A DNA stretch of 64,000 nucleotides from an uncultured Clostridia bacterium (lineage in GTDB: Bacteria; Bacillota; Clostridia; Christensenellales; Borkfalkiaceae): NCBI GenBank assembly GCA_947631325.1, contig CANRKX010000001.1, positions 12,450 to 76,449 on the forward strand, read 5' to 3'. The position numbers were made by a program, and so were the translations under genes. The stretch's first letter is position 1. Each line of letters opens with the position of its first letter. Below are positions 17,033-26,648 of the stretch, in pieces. Below the pieces are notes generated by a model that did not search any database, was not told the DNA's origin, and saw only the letters and a list, made by a program, of their open reading frames with translations.

Positions 17033-18358
17033 TCAATAATTATATTTTTTGCGCATTGCAATCAAAAATATTGCGGTTACGGCTGCCGCCATGACTTCGG
17101 CGCACACCGTTGACCACCATATTCCGTCCAATCCCCAAATCATGGGCAATATGAATACCGCGCCGATTTGAAAGATGAGAGTTCTCAAAAAGGATATCGC
17201 AGCTGAAATAAGCCCGTTGTTTAAAGCGGTGAAAAATGACGAACCCAAAATATTGAACCCGCTGAATAAAAACAATACGCTGAATATCATGAACGCCTGC
17301 GCAGTCATTTCATACAGATTGCTGTCATATCCCACGAATATTTTTGCGATTTGTCCGCCGAGAAGTTCGGCGAGCGCAAACATCAACACCGAAAATACGG
17401 CTATCAAAATAAGATTTTTCTTATTCAGTGACTTTAACTCGTTTGAATTGCCTGCGCCATAGTGATAACTGACAATCGGCGCAACACCCACAGTATAGCC
17501 TATAAAAATCGCCTGAAATACGAAATTGACATACATTAATACTCCGTATGCGGCAACTCCGTCCTCACCGGCAAATTTGAGAAGCTGAAGATTGTAAATC
17601 ATACTGACAAGCGACATAGAGATATTGCTCATCAACTCTGAAGAGCCGTTTGTAATTGTCTTTACAAGCGATTTACCCTCAAACTTAGGCTTTGTAAGCC
17701 TTAAAAGACTGCTGTTGGGGAGTGCAAAATAGATTATCGGAATAATTCCGCCGACGCACTGTCCTATTACCGTTGCGGCTGCCGCACCCGTAAGTCCCCA
17801 TTTAAACCATGCGACAAACATTCCGTCGAGTGCAAAATTGGTAAGCCCCGCCGCAACGGTGACATACAATCCCAACCTTGTCTTTTCCGCAGTCGCAAAC
17901 AGACATTGAAATTCATATTGAAGAACATACGCGGGCAGAGCAAATAAAATTATCCGCCCGTAAGCTATTGCATTTTCAAGCATTTCGCCCGAACCGCCCA
18001 TGAGATGAGCAACAGGTCGGAGAGTTGCAGTTCCCACACCCGCAAGCACAACGCCGCATACTGCGGAAACGCATACAATCATTGAAAATATGCCGTTCGC
18101 TCTCTCCCTATCGCCTTCGCCAATGATTTTTGCAATCAACGCACTGCCGCCTGTGCCGAACAGAAATCCCACGCAACCCAAAATCATGAGATACGGCATA
18201 ATAAAGTTGACCGCCGTAAACGCGCCCTTACCCACGAAATTGGATACGAAAAAGCCGTCTGCCACGCCGTATATAGAGGTAAATACGAGCATAATTATAG
18301 ACGGAAGGGTGAATTTAAGCAGTTTTTTGAAGTTAAAATGCTCGGATAGCTTTATCAT
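17033..18358 (-). CDS. MATE-family multidrug/sodium efflux transporter
   Basis: Polytopic membrane protein with a MATE-like N-terminus (FKKLLKFTLPSIIMLVFTSIYGVADGFFV). Start set at ATG 18358, because the ORF extension to 18553 overlaps the upstream gene and its terminator. Confidence 0.88.
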   Translation of the reverse strand: MIKLSEHFNFKKLLKFTLPSIIMLVFTSIYGVADGFFVSNFVGKGAFTAVNFIMPYLMILGCVGFLFGTGGSALIAKIIGEGDRERANGIFSMIVCVSAVCGVVLAGVGTATLRPVAHLMGGSGEMLENAIAYGRIILFALPAYVLQYEFQCLFATAEKTRLGLYVTVAAGLTNFALDGMFVAWFKWGLTGAAAATVIGQCVGGIIPIIYFALPNSSLLRLTKPKFEGKSLVKTITNGSSELMSNISMSLVSMIYNLQLLKFAGEDGVAAYGVLMYVNFVFQAIFIGYTVGVAPIVSYHYGAGNSNELKSLNKKNLILIAVFSVLMFALAELLGGQIAKIFVGYDSNLYEMTAQAFMIFSVLFLFSGFNILGSSFFTALNNGLISAAISFLRTLIFQIGAVFILPMIWGLDGIWWSTVCAEVMAAAVTAIFLIAMRKKYNY

Positions 18359-18374
18359 AAAATAACTTTGCCGC

Positions 18375-18403
18375 CAAAAAAATAAGCCCCGCAAAAGCGG
18401 GGC
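18375..18403 (-). terminator. Rho-independent terminator after ispH-rpsA
   Basis: gccccgc / aaaa / gcggggc, followed on the minus strand by TTATTTTTTT. Confidence 0.8.
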
Positions 18404-18413
18404 GATTTGAATT

Positions 18414-20504
18414 TTACTTGTTTTTCTGTGCGTTTGCGAGAATGTCCGCCATTGAGATGCCGACGGAAGAGCTGTCAGACCAATCGGAGAACTCATCGTC
18501 GTTGATTCTTCTCGGCGCCCTTGAGTGTCTCTCGCTCCTTTCGCCCTCTTCATTTTCGGACTTATGAGACTTTCTCCTCTCGCCCTCGGGCAGAAGAGCC
18601 TTAATTGAGAGGTTCATCTTTCTGCTTTCGGGGTCGATAGCCATAATCTTGGCGTCAACTTCGTCGCCGACGTTGAGAACGGACGCAGGAGTTTCAATCC
18701 TGTCGTTGCTTATCTGCGAAACGTGAACGAGACCGTCAATGCCCTTTTCAACTTCGACAAATGCTCCGAAGGGAACAATCCTTACAACCTTTCCGTGAAT
18801 AACTTCGCCGACGGCATACTTTTCGCTCACAAGGTCCCAAGGCTGGGGCTGAAGCTGTTTGTAGCCTATTGACACCTTTTTATTTTCAGTATCTATCTTG
18901 AGTACTTTGAAATTATATACTTTGCCGATTTCGAGAACGTCGGTCACAGCGTCAACGCCCGTCCAGCTCAAATCGGAAATGTGCGCGAGGCAGTCAAATC
19001 CGTTGACAGATACGAATGCGCCGAAGCCCGTAACGCGCTCAACCTTGCCCTCGACGATATCGCCGACAGCGATGTTTGCAAAGAATTCTTCCTCCCTTGC
19101 GGCTTTTGCGGCTTCCTTTGCGTCGCGCTCTTCCTGAAGAATGACGCGCTGGGATGCAATAATTTCCTTCTTACCCGTCTTTTTGATCTCAATTGCGCGC
19201 AGTCTTAAAGGCTTGCCCACATATTTTGTTAGGTCCTTGACATATCCGGGGCGTATCTCCTTTGCGGGGACAAATACCTGATAGGTGCCCAAAGTAGAGA
19301 CAAGTCCGCCCTTATTGGAACCGCTGCATACGACCGAAAACTCTTTGCCCGCCTCAATGTCGGCGCTTAAAGCTTCTTCCTGCTGCAATACCTTTATCAT
19401 TTTCTGAGAAAGCTTTAATGCAGGCTTAAGCTCTACGACAAGCAATTCGATAGTATCGCCTATTTTATCGACGTAGTCTGCCGCGCTGTAATTTTCGCAG
19501 TCAAGCTCGTCTTTGCTCAAAGCAATTTCTTTCTTCGAGTAAGGCAAAAGAATCTGAAGACCGTCGTCCGTAGCCTGTGATATGGTCGCGGTCACGATCT
19601 GACCCTTTTTAAACTTCGACTCGCTGTCAATTTTATCGACAACGTCCTTCATGACGTCTGCCGATTTAACTTCTGTGTTTTCTGCCATCTTTAAGAGAAC
19701 CTCCCGGGTTTGCGCATTCGGGGTTGAAGCCCCTGAAACAATACCTACACTTTTAAATTTTTTTATTTCGGATAAATCCAGATCGGCGGGATTGGAGAGC
19801 CTGAAAACGTTTGCGCAGTTCTTTTTTGCGAGTTCGTACAATTTGTTGGTGTTACTGCTGTTCAGACCGCCGACAACAAGTATTGCTTCGCATCGCTTTG
19901 AAAGTTCTTCGACTTCCTTTTGCCGTTCTATAGTAGTATAACAAATAGTCTTGAAAACAGCAACTGTTTTTTCACAGACTTTTTTAATATTTTTTATTAT
20001 TTTTTCAAATTTTTCGGCTGAAAACGTGGTCTGGCACACAACGCACAGCTCTTTTAAGGCTATATCGTCGGGAATGGCGTCGGGATCGCTCAATATAGTC
20101 GCCGTCCTGTCGCACCACCCCTGCAAGCCCGTGACCTCCGGGTGATCTTTTTCGCCAACTATGACAATGTGCTTGCCGAGGGAGTACTGTTCCTTAACTA
20201 TTTTTTGTGTGCGCTTGACGAAGCCGCAGGTGCAGTCGACGACTTTTATATTGCGTTCGCGGCAGATATCGTAAAAATTTTCGGGAACTCCGTGCGAACG
20301 GAAAACGACCGTGCTGCCGTCGGGGATTTCATCGAGAGATTCCACCACCTTCAAGCCGCGGTCGTTTATGGATTTGACCACCTCGGAATTATGAATTATT
20401 TCACCGAGGACATAGGCGTTTTTCGGGTCGAGACTCATTGCCGTATCCACGGCATATCTGACGCCGACGCAAAACCCGCTGTTTTTTGCAACAATAACTT
20501 CCAT
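18414..20504 (-). CDS. ispH: Bifunctional 4-hydroxy-3-methylbut-2-enyl diphosphate reductase (IspH/LytB) / ribosomal protein S1 fusion
   Basis: The N-terminal ~280 aa are LytB-like (AKNSGFCVGVRYAV, IIHN, SSNT). Repeated S1 OB domains follow (GxVxxVxxFGAFV motifs), then a charged tail. Confidence 0.92.
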   Translation of the reverse strand: MEVIVAKNSGFCVGVRYAVDTAMSLDPKNAYVLGEIIHNSEVVKSINDRGLKVVESLDEIPDGSTVVFRSHGVPENFYDICRERNIKVVDCTCGFVKRTQKIVKEQYSLGKHIVIVGEKDHPEVTGLQGWCDRTATILSDPDAIPDDIALKELCVVCQTTFSAEKFEKIIKNIKKVCEKTVAVFKTICYTTIERQKEVEELSKRCEAILVVGGLNSSNTNKLYELAKKNCANVFRLSNPADLDLSEIKKFKSVGIVSGASTPNAQTREVLLKMAENTEVKSADVMKDVVDKIDSESKFKKGQIVTATISQATDDGLQILLPYSKKEIALSKDELDCENYSAADYVDKIGDTIELLVVELKPALKLSQKMIKVLQQEEALSADIEAGKEFSVVCSGSNKGGLVSTLGTYQVFVPAKEIRPGYVKDLTKYVGKPLRLRAIEIKKTGKKEIIASQRVILQEERDAKEAAKAAREEEFFANIAVGDIVEGKVERVTGFGAFVSVNGFDCLAHISDLSWTGVDAVTDVLEIGKVYNFKVLKIDTENKKVSIGYKQLQPQPWDLVSEKYAVGEVIHGKVVRIVPFGAFVEVEKGIDGLVHVSQISNDRIETPASVLNVGDEVDAKIMAIDPESRKMNLSIKALLPEGERRKSHKSENEEGERSERHSRAPRRINDDEFSDWSDSSSVGISMADILANAQKNK

Positions 20505-21284
20505 TCAGACCTTTTTCTTCTTCTTTTTAGTCAATTTTTCCTTCAATTCAAGGTACATTTCAAGTAAAACTTGCTTTATCTTTTCGTCTGCGGCATTCAC
20601 GTCCTCTTCGTCAAGCTTTTTGCCGTAAAACTCCGAAAGTTCGAAAGGTTCGCCGTAATAATAATAATTACGTCTGAAAAAGCGCATTTTTTTGACTTGA
20701 ACCATGGGGATTATCGGCGTTTGCGTCTTTATGGCGATTGCCGACGCCCCGCTCTTGAAAGGCAAAAAGATATCATTGGATTTATTGCGCGTGCCCTCGG
20801 GGAATACGCATACAAATTCGCCGTTTTTTATATATCGCATTGCCTGCATAAGGGCGCGGACGTCGCTGCCGTCCCTGTTGACGACGATACAGTCGCACTT
20901 CTTCAAAAACCAACGCCCTAACCTCTTTGATTGAAGTTCCTTTTTTGCCATGAAATGAACGACCCTGTCGGTACAAATCGCCGCGGGAATTACGTCGAGG
21001 ACGCTTAAGTGATTGCCCACGATTATATACGACCTGTCCGTGTACTTCTCGGTATGACCGAATTTCTTTTCGGGCAACAAAAACCAATGCACACACGCAT
21101 AGAGTCGGCGCATAAATCTGAACCATTTTTGCGTTTTTGTTAGCTTTTTCTTGCGCTTTTTGCCCTTTTCGGGCTCGTTTTGCGCGTTTAAAGCCGTGTT
21201 TTCCGACTGCGTTTGGGGCTTATTTTCTTCAACGCTTTCAGTTGTCTGCTCCTTTTCGGCAGTTTTTTCATTATCTTCTATCAT
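20505..21284 (-). CDS. plsC: 1-acyl-sn-glycerol-3-phosphate acyltransferase with a charged N-terminal extension
   Basis: Acyltransferase motifs NHLSVLD and FPEGTR. ATGA overlap with the upstream cmk stop. Confidence 0.88.
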   Translation of the reverse strand: MIEDNEKTAEKEQTTESVEENKPQTQSENTALNAQNEPEKGKKRKKKLTKTQKWFRFMRRLYACVHWFLLPEKKFGHTEKYTDRSYIIVGNHLSVLDVIPAAICTDRVVHFMAKKELQSKRLGRWFLKKCDCIVVNRDGSDVRALMQAMRYIKNGEFVCVFPEGTRNKSNDIFLPFKSGASAIAIKTQTPIIPMVQVKKMRFFRRNYYYYGEPFELSEFYGKKLDEEDVNAADEKIKQVLLEMYLELKEKLTKKKKKKV

Positions 21285-22288
21285 ATTTTTTCCTGTATTG
21301 ATTTCAATATTAGGTCGGCAACCTCGTCGGGCGTCATCTTTGAAGTATCTACAAATACAGCGTCCTTAGCCCTTTTGAGGGGCGCCGATTTTCGCGTTTC
21401 GTCCTGATTGTCCCGTGCGACAATATCTTTAAGAACGTCGTCAAGCGATGTCTTGAAACCCTTTATAACCAATTCCTTATATCTTCTGTCGGCGCGGACT
21501 TCGGGCGAAGCCGTGACGAAAAATTTGAATTTGCAGTCGGGCAGAACGTTGGTGCCGATATCCCTTCCGTCGAGAACGCACGAGTGCGCTTTTGCTATCT
21601 GCCGTTGCAGGCTGACCATTTTTTCACGTACGAAAGGATAAGCCGAAACTGTCGAAGCAAGCATTGAAATTTCGGGGCTTCTGATTAATTCGGACACGTC
21701 CTCTCCGTCAAGCATTGTCGACTGCGCTCCGCCGCGATACTCGACTTTGATATCGATTTTATCGATAATTTTTTTGATTTCGGGTTCGTTTTCGACCGAA
21801 ACGCCGCTCATTTTGCACTTCAAAGCGCATGCGCGATACATTGCGCCTGTGTCGAGATACAAAATATCAAGCTTTTTGGCAATCATCTTCGCCACGGTGC
21901 TTTTTCCGCTGCCCGCGGGCCCGTCAATGGCAACGTTGATAATTGACGAAATATCCTTGCGAAGAACTGTCGCGCCGTTAAGATAGACGTGCACGGGCTT
22001 TTTGTCGCTTTCGGCAAGCACCATGACCCTTATGCACTTTTGAAGTGCGCCCAAAATCTCGGGCTCCTGCGAGCAGAAGAGAGCCGACGAATAAAATCCC
22101 GCTTCTCTCGCCGCCTTCGCGGGATTGCACGACTTCAAATCGGACGTAATTGTAAACATTGTGCAGACGATTTTGTCTGCGTCAAGCCCGTTTTTGTCGC
22201 GAATCTGCGTCATCATTTCGCCGACAGCATATTTAATTTGTTGCTCGCAGTCCTTTTCGACTGTGGTTGCGCCCCTGATTGCAATCAT
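21281..22288 (-). CDS. cmk: Fusion protein: AroH-type chorismate mutase (N) + cytidylate kinase (C)
   Basis: Residues 1-112 match the B. subtilis AroH pattern (IRGATTVE ... PAKAARE ... KCIRVM ... HVYL ... VLR.D). From about residue 117 it is Cmk (IAIDGPAGSGKST, LDTGAMYR, DGRDIGT). One continuous ORF with an AAGGA RBS. Confidence 0.88.
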   Translation of the reverse strand: MIAIRGATTVEKDCEQQIKYAVGEMMTQIRDKNGLDADKIVCTMFTITSDLKSCNPAKAAREAGFYSSALFCSQEPEILGALQKCIRVMVLAESDKKPVHVYLNGATVLRKDISSIINVAIDGPAGSGKSTVAKMIAKKLDILYLDTGAMYRACALKCKMSGVSVENEPEIKKIIDKIDIKVEYRGGAQSTMLDGEDVSELIRSPEISMLASTVSAYPFVREKMVSLQRQIAKAHSCVLDGRDIGTNVLPDCKFKFFVTASPEVRADRRYKELVIKGFKTSLDDVLKDIVARDNQDETRKSAPLKRAKDAVFVDTSKMTPDEVADLILKSIQEKI

Positions 22289-22324
22289 AAACTTATCCTT
22301 TGGTTTTCGGTTAAAACAATATAT

Positions 22325-23551
22325 TTATTCGGGTTTAATGGAGTTTCCCGCGGCAAAGCCCGTTGAAAAGGCGATTTGCAGATTAAATCCGCCCGTGAAG
22401 GCGTCTATATCGAGCACTTCACCGCAAAAATACAGCCCTTTGATGAGCTTGCTCTCCATGGTTTTGGGGTTGATTTGCTTTACGTCAACCCCGCCGCAAG
22501 TTATTACGCTCTCGGTGTACGGTCTTAAACCCGATACAAGAATATCAAAATTTTTAATTGTTGTCAATATGGCGGCGCGCTCTGATTTTGTAATTGAATA
22601 GACCTTTTTATATTGATTAATGCCGCATTTTTTGAGAATTTCACCGATAATTGCCGCAGGAAGCAGCTTTTTGAGACAATTTTGTATGTCTTGATTCTTG
22701 CTCTCTTCAAAGTCTCTCAAAATTCTCTTATCGAGTTTTTCGAAATCGAGAGCGGGCTTTAAGTCAACCGAAAGTCGAACCTCGGACAAATCGAGCCTGT
22801 TGATTAGGCTCGAAGCCGACAAAATCATAGGACCAGAAATGCCGAAATGGGTAAACAGCATTTCCCCGAAAAATCCGCCTACTTTTTTATTCCTATAATA
22901 TATTGTAAGTCCGACGTTTTTTAAAGAAAGCCCTTGCAATGCGGCAATGTCCAACCCCTTTGTTTCAAGACCGCAGAGACCCTGAACGGTCGGAATTACG
23001 TTGTGGCCGCAATCTTTCGCGAATTTATATCCGTCGCCCGTGGAGCCTGTCGAGGGATAACTCAATCCGCCCGTACAGACGATGACTTTATCAAAGTTAT
23101 AAGTTGATTTTTCAGTTGTTATGTGTGATATAGTACTATGTAAAATACCTAATTTAAGAACTTTTTCGTTAAATTTAAAGGTTACGCCGCATTTAAGGCA
23201 GCAATTTTCAAGGCACTTGGTGACGTCGCTCGCCTTGTCAGATTGCGGAAAAACTCTCGCCCCGCGCTCGGTTTTAAGCTTTAATCCGTTCTCCTCGAAA
23301 AAATTAATCGTGTCATTGGGGCTGAATGAATAGATTGCGCCCGTCATAAATTTTGAGTTTGACACAACGTTTTCAAGGAAGGTGCGCTCGTCACAGGCAT
23401 GGGTTAGGTTGCACCTCCCCTTGCCCGTTATATATATCTTCTTGCCGCACTTTTCATTTTTTTCGAATACGGTGACGCGGTTTCCGTTCTTTGCGGCGGC
23501 GTATGCAGCCATAAGCCCAGCCGCGCCCGCACCGATTATCGCAACGTCCAT
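22325..23551 (-). CDS. HI0933/BaiN-like NAD(P)/FAD-dependent flavoprotein
   Basis: N-terminal DVAIIGAGAAGLMAA dinucleotide fold, GKGRCNLTH, and C-terminal CGEVLDIDAFTGGFNLQ, typical of the family. Confidence 0.85.
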   Translation of the reverse strand: MDVAIIGAGAAGLMAAYAAAKNGNRVTVFEKNEKCGKKIYITGKGRCNLTHACDERTFLENVVSNSKFMTGAIYSFSPNDTINFFEENGLKLKTERGARVFPQSDKASDVTKCLENCCLKCGVTFKFNEKVLKLGILHSTISHITTEKSTYNFDKVIVCTGGLSYPSTGSTGDGYKFAKDCGHNVIPTVQGLCGLETKGLDIAALQGLSLKNVGLTIYYRNKKVGGFFGEMLFTHFGISGPMILSASSLINRLDLSEVRLSVDLKPALDFEKLDKRILRDFEESKNQDIQNCLKKLLPAAIIGEILKKCGINQYKKVYSITKSERAAILTTIKNFDILVSGLRPYTESVITCGGVDVKQINPKTMESKLIKGLYFCGEVLDIDAFTGGFNLQIAFSTGFAAGNSIKPE

Positions 23552-23596
23552 AATTAAACCTTACGGCGTGAACTTGCGCTCACGCCGTCAATAATT

Positions 23597-25024
23597 TTAT
23601 ACGGGATAGACCCTGTCGGGGTTTTTAGCCATGTCGCTGTCAACGCCCGTTTTCTGCGCCTTGCGCCATTTGAAGAAGTTAGTCGAAACTTCGGGGAAGA
23701 GCGCATACGAAAGAACGTCCTCTTCCTGTTCGTAAAAGCCCATCTCCTTTACCTTATTCGTGAGCTCTTCAAACTCGTCGCTCAAAAGGTCCGCGGGGCG
23801 GCAGGTTATAATTTGCTCGCCGTTCGCCGTGCAGAGCTTAACTACTTCCTCGTTCTTTTCGCCCGCAACTGCGCCGTATTTGCCCAAAATCATGTCCTTA
23901 AACTGTGCGGTTATGGTCTTATATCTGCCCAAAAGCACGTTCCAAACTGACTGTGTGCCGACTATCTGACTTGAAGGCGTTACAAGCGGCGGATATCCGC
24001 AATCTTTCCTCACCTTGGGCACTTCGGCAAGGCACTCTGTCAATTTGTCCTCTTTGCCCGCCTGTTTCAACTGGTTCATAAGGTTTGAAAGCATGCCGCC
24101 CGGCACCTGATAGAGCAGTGTATTTATATCTATTGAGCGCACCTTGGGGTTGAGGAAGCCGTCTTTTTCAAGTCGTGCCGCCACCTTTTTGAAGTGATTT
24201 ACGGCGGGAAGAAGTTTTTCAATATCAATCCCCGTATCGTAAGGAGTACCCTTCAACGCCGCGACGAGCGGTTCGGTCGCGGGGTTTGAAGTGCCGTTTC
24301 CGAGGGGCGAAAGTGCGCAGTCAACGATATCGACGCCCGCTTGAATTGCCATAAGGTTTATCATGTCGCCCGTGCCCGTCGTGTTGTGGGTGTGCAGATG
24401 CACTTTTGTCTCGGGGCGAAGCTCGGCTTTAAGCTGTTTTACAAGGTCGTAAGCAGTGAACGGCAACAACAGGTTTGCCATATCCTTAATACAGATATTG
24501 TCCGCACCCATGTCCTCGAGCTGTTTTGCGAATTTGACGAAGTATTCCGTCGTATGCACGGGGCTTGTCGTGTACGAAATTGCGCACTCGCACACGCATT
24601 TGCCGCCTTTGCCGTACTTTTTGATGGCGTTTACAGACGCTTCAAGGTTTCTCGGGTCGTTGAGGGCGTCGAAAAGCCTTATTACTCCCACGCCGTTTTC
24701 AATCGACTTTTCGACGAATTTTTCAACCACGTCGTCGGCATAGTGCCTGTATCCGAGCAAGTTCTGCCCACGCAAAAGCATCTGAATGGGCGTCTTTTTG
24801 AGGTGCTTTTTGAGATTTCTCAATCTATCCCAAGGATCTTCGTTGAGGAAACGTAAGCAGGAATCGAACGTCGCCCCGCCCCACGCTTCGAGCGAGTAGT
24901 AACCGATATCGTCCAAAAGGTCGAGCATCGGCTCCATTTCTTCGAATTTCATTCTCGTTGCGGCGTGCGATTGGTGCGCGTCGCGTAAGATTGTATCGGT
25001 AATCAAAACTTTTTTAGCTTGCAT
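23597..25024 (-). CDS. Oxaloacetate decarboxylase alpha / transcarboxylase 5S-like carboxyltransferase subunit, without a biotinyl domain
   Basis: ITDTILRDAHQS, the HLHTHNTTG metal site and a TIM-barrel carboxyltransferase. It ends at 475 aa with no AMKM motif. Confidence 0.88.
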   Translation of the reverse strand: MQAKKVLITDTILRDAHQSHAATRMKFEEMEPMLDLLDDIGYYSLEAWGGATFDSCLRFLNEDPWDRLRNLKKHLKKTPIQMLLRGQNLLGYRHYADDVVEKFVEKSIENGVGVIRLFDALNDPRNLEASVNAIKKYGKGGKCVCECAISYTTSPVHTTEYFVKFAKQLEDMGADNICIKDMANLLLPFTAYDLVKQLKAELRPETKVHLHTHNTTGTGDMINLMAIQAGVDIVDCALSPLGNGTSNPATEPLVAALKGTPYDTGIDIEKLLPAVNHFKKVAARLEKDGFLNPKVRSIDINTLLYQVPGGMLSNLMNQLKQAGKEDKLTECLAEVPKVRKDCGYPPLVTPSSQIVGTQSVWNVLLGRYKTITAQFKDMILGKYGAVAGEKNEEVVKLCTANGEQIITCRPADLLSDEFEELTNKVKEMGFYEQEEDVLSYALFPEVSTNFFKWRKAQKTGVDSDMAKNPDRVYPV

Positions 25025-25036
25025 ATTTTATCTCCG

Positions 25037-26275
25037 TTAAGCTGCCATTGAACTTAAAGCCGCCGAAATCGCGGTTCCGTCTACATATCCGCCGAAGCAT
25101 GCCAACAGTACGCCCGCCGCTATCGCCGAGCCGATAACTCCCGCAACGTTGGGACCCATTGCATGCATAAGAAGGTGATTTTGCGGGTCGTATTGTCTGC
25201 CGACGTCCTCCGAAATTCTCGCCGCCATCGGCACTGCTGAAACTCCCGCGGAACCTATGAGCGGGTTTATCTTGCCCTTGGTCACCTTGCACATAACCTT
25301 TGCGACGAGCAGTCCGCCCACCGTTCCCATTATGAATGCAAACAGACCTATTGCAATAATTAGCAACGTGTCAACGCTTAAGAACAGCTCTCCCTTTGCC
25401 TTGCAACCGACCGCAACGCCGAGGAAGATTGTAACAGTATTCATCAACCCGTTCTGCGCCTGCGTCGAAAGCCTGTCAACGACGCCCGATTCCTTCAATA
25501 GATTCCCGAGCATTAGCATGCCCAAAAGCGCAATCGAATCGGGCAAAATTATGCCCATAACCAAGGTTACGACTATCGGGAAAAGTATTTTTTCGAGCTT
25601 TGAGACCTGACGGAGGGGCTTCATCCTTATCATCCTCTCCTTTTTGGTCGTCAAAAGTTTCATTAAAGGTTTTTGTATTATAGGTATCAGCGCCATGTAC
25701 GAATAGGCAGCAATGGCAATCATAGGCAGCAAATCAGACGATAATTTTGTTGTGACAAGTATCGCCGTCGGCCCGTCCGCACCGCCTATTATGGCGATTG
25801 CCGCCGCCGCCGCAACCGAGAAGCCGCTGAATATCGCGAGAATGAAAGCGATAAATATGCCGAGCTGTGCGCCCGCGCCGATAAGCATGCTCTTGGGGTT
25901 TGCGATAAGCGGTCCGAAATCGGTCATCGCACCTATGCCGAGGAAGATGAGCGGCGGATAGATAACTTTATCTACTCCGAAATACAGATACCACAAAAGC
26001 CCCCGCGTCTCGGGATAAACGGCGTCATAGTCGTTATTGCCTTCGGGGTGACTGCCCCAAAGCACATGTTCCGCGCCCGGAATATTTATAAGGAACATAC
26101 CGAACGCTATAGGCAGAAGCAACATCGGCTCAAACTTTTTGACGATGGCAAGGTACATCAGCACGAACGATATCAAAATCATTACGTAATTTTGCCAACT
26201 TCCCTGCATAAAGCCCATCTCTTCAAACAGGTTGCCGAATATTCCGCCAAAGTCTACCGCAAGTAAACTTTGCAT
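25037..26275 (-). CDS. Na+-translocating decarboxylase beta subunit (OadB/GcdB/MmdB family)
   Basis: Polytopic membrane protein with family motifs (IGGADGPT, GAGAQLGIF, AMGPNVAGVIGSA). GGAGGAG RBS. Confidence 0.92.
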   Translation of the reverse strand: MQSLLAVDFGGIFGNLFEEMGFMQGSWQNYVMILISFVLMYLAIVKKFEPMLLLPIAFGMFLINIPGAEHVLWGSHPEGNNDYDAVYPETRGLLWYLYFGVDKVIYPPLIFLGIGAMTDFGPLIANPKSMLIGAGAQLGIFIAFILAIFSGFSVAAAAAIAIIGGADGPTAILVTTKLSSDLLPMIAIAAYSYMALIPIIQKPLMKLLTTKKERMIRMKPLRQVSKLEKILFPIVVTLVMGIILPDSIALLGMLMLGNLLKESGVVDRLSTQAQNGLMNTVTIFLGVAVGCKAKGELFLSVDTLLIIAIGLFAFIMGTVGGLLVAKVMCKVTKGKINPLIGSAGVSAVPMAARISEDVGRQYDPQNHLLMHAMGPNVAGVIGSAIAAGVLLACFGGYVDGTAISAALSSMAA

Positions 26276-26286
26276 AACTCCTCCGA

Positions 26287-26637
26287 TCAGCTAATCACCG
26301 CAAGCGTGGCATTGGTTTCAACGTTTGCGCCTTTCGTAACGCTTAAGGTTATTTTTCCGTCGCAGGGCGCGGTAATTTCATTGTCCATCTTCATTGCTTC
26401 GAGCACGATTATGGGCTGGTCCTTTTTGACAGCCGCTCCGTCCGCAACGAGGATATTTTTAATTAATCCGGGGAAGGGCGACAAAACCTTTTCTCCCTTG
26501 GTATTTGCCGCTATGGGCGTATCGGTTTTGACCTGTTTTGCAACGGGCACTGCGCGGGGCGTATCTTCCGTTCCGCCAACCTCCTCGACGGCTACCTGAT
26601 AGCTCTTTCCGTCTATCGTTACAACAAAATTACGCAT
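26287..26637 (-). CDS. Biotin carboxyl carrier subunit (biotinyl domain)
   Basis: 116 aa with an EAMKM biotinylation motif. AAGGAG RBS. Confidence 0.9.
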   Translation of the reverse strand: MRNFVVTIDGKSYQVAVEEVGGTEDTPRAVPVAKQVKTDTPIAANTKGEKVLSPFPGLIKNILVADGAAVKKDQPIIVLEAMKMDNEITAPCDGKITLSVTKGANVETNATLAVIS

Positions 26638-26648
26638 AATCTATCTCC

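Noticed and set aside
18359-18553. N-terminal 65-aa extension of the MATE ORF (and similar long starts at 29617, 16952, 28473, 13032, 1433)
   Set aside because: The extensions overlap upstream genes, terminators or predicted promoters and lack an RBS. Internal ATGs with good RBSs reproduce the canonical N-termini.
23563-23588. Hairpin acggcgtga/tcacgccgt between the 5S-like gene and the flavoprotein gene as a terminator
   Set aside because: On the minus strand it has no convincing T-tract, and it overlaps the RBS region of the downstream gene. It may modulate coupling, but I cannot support a terminator call.
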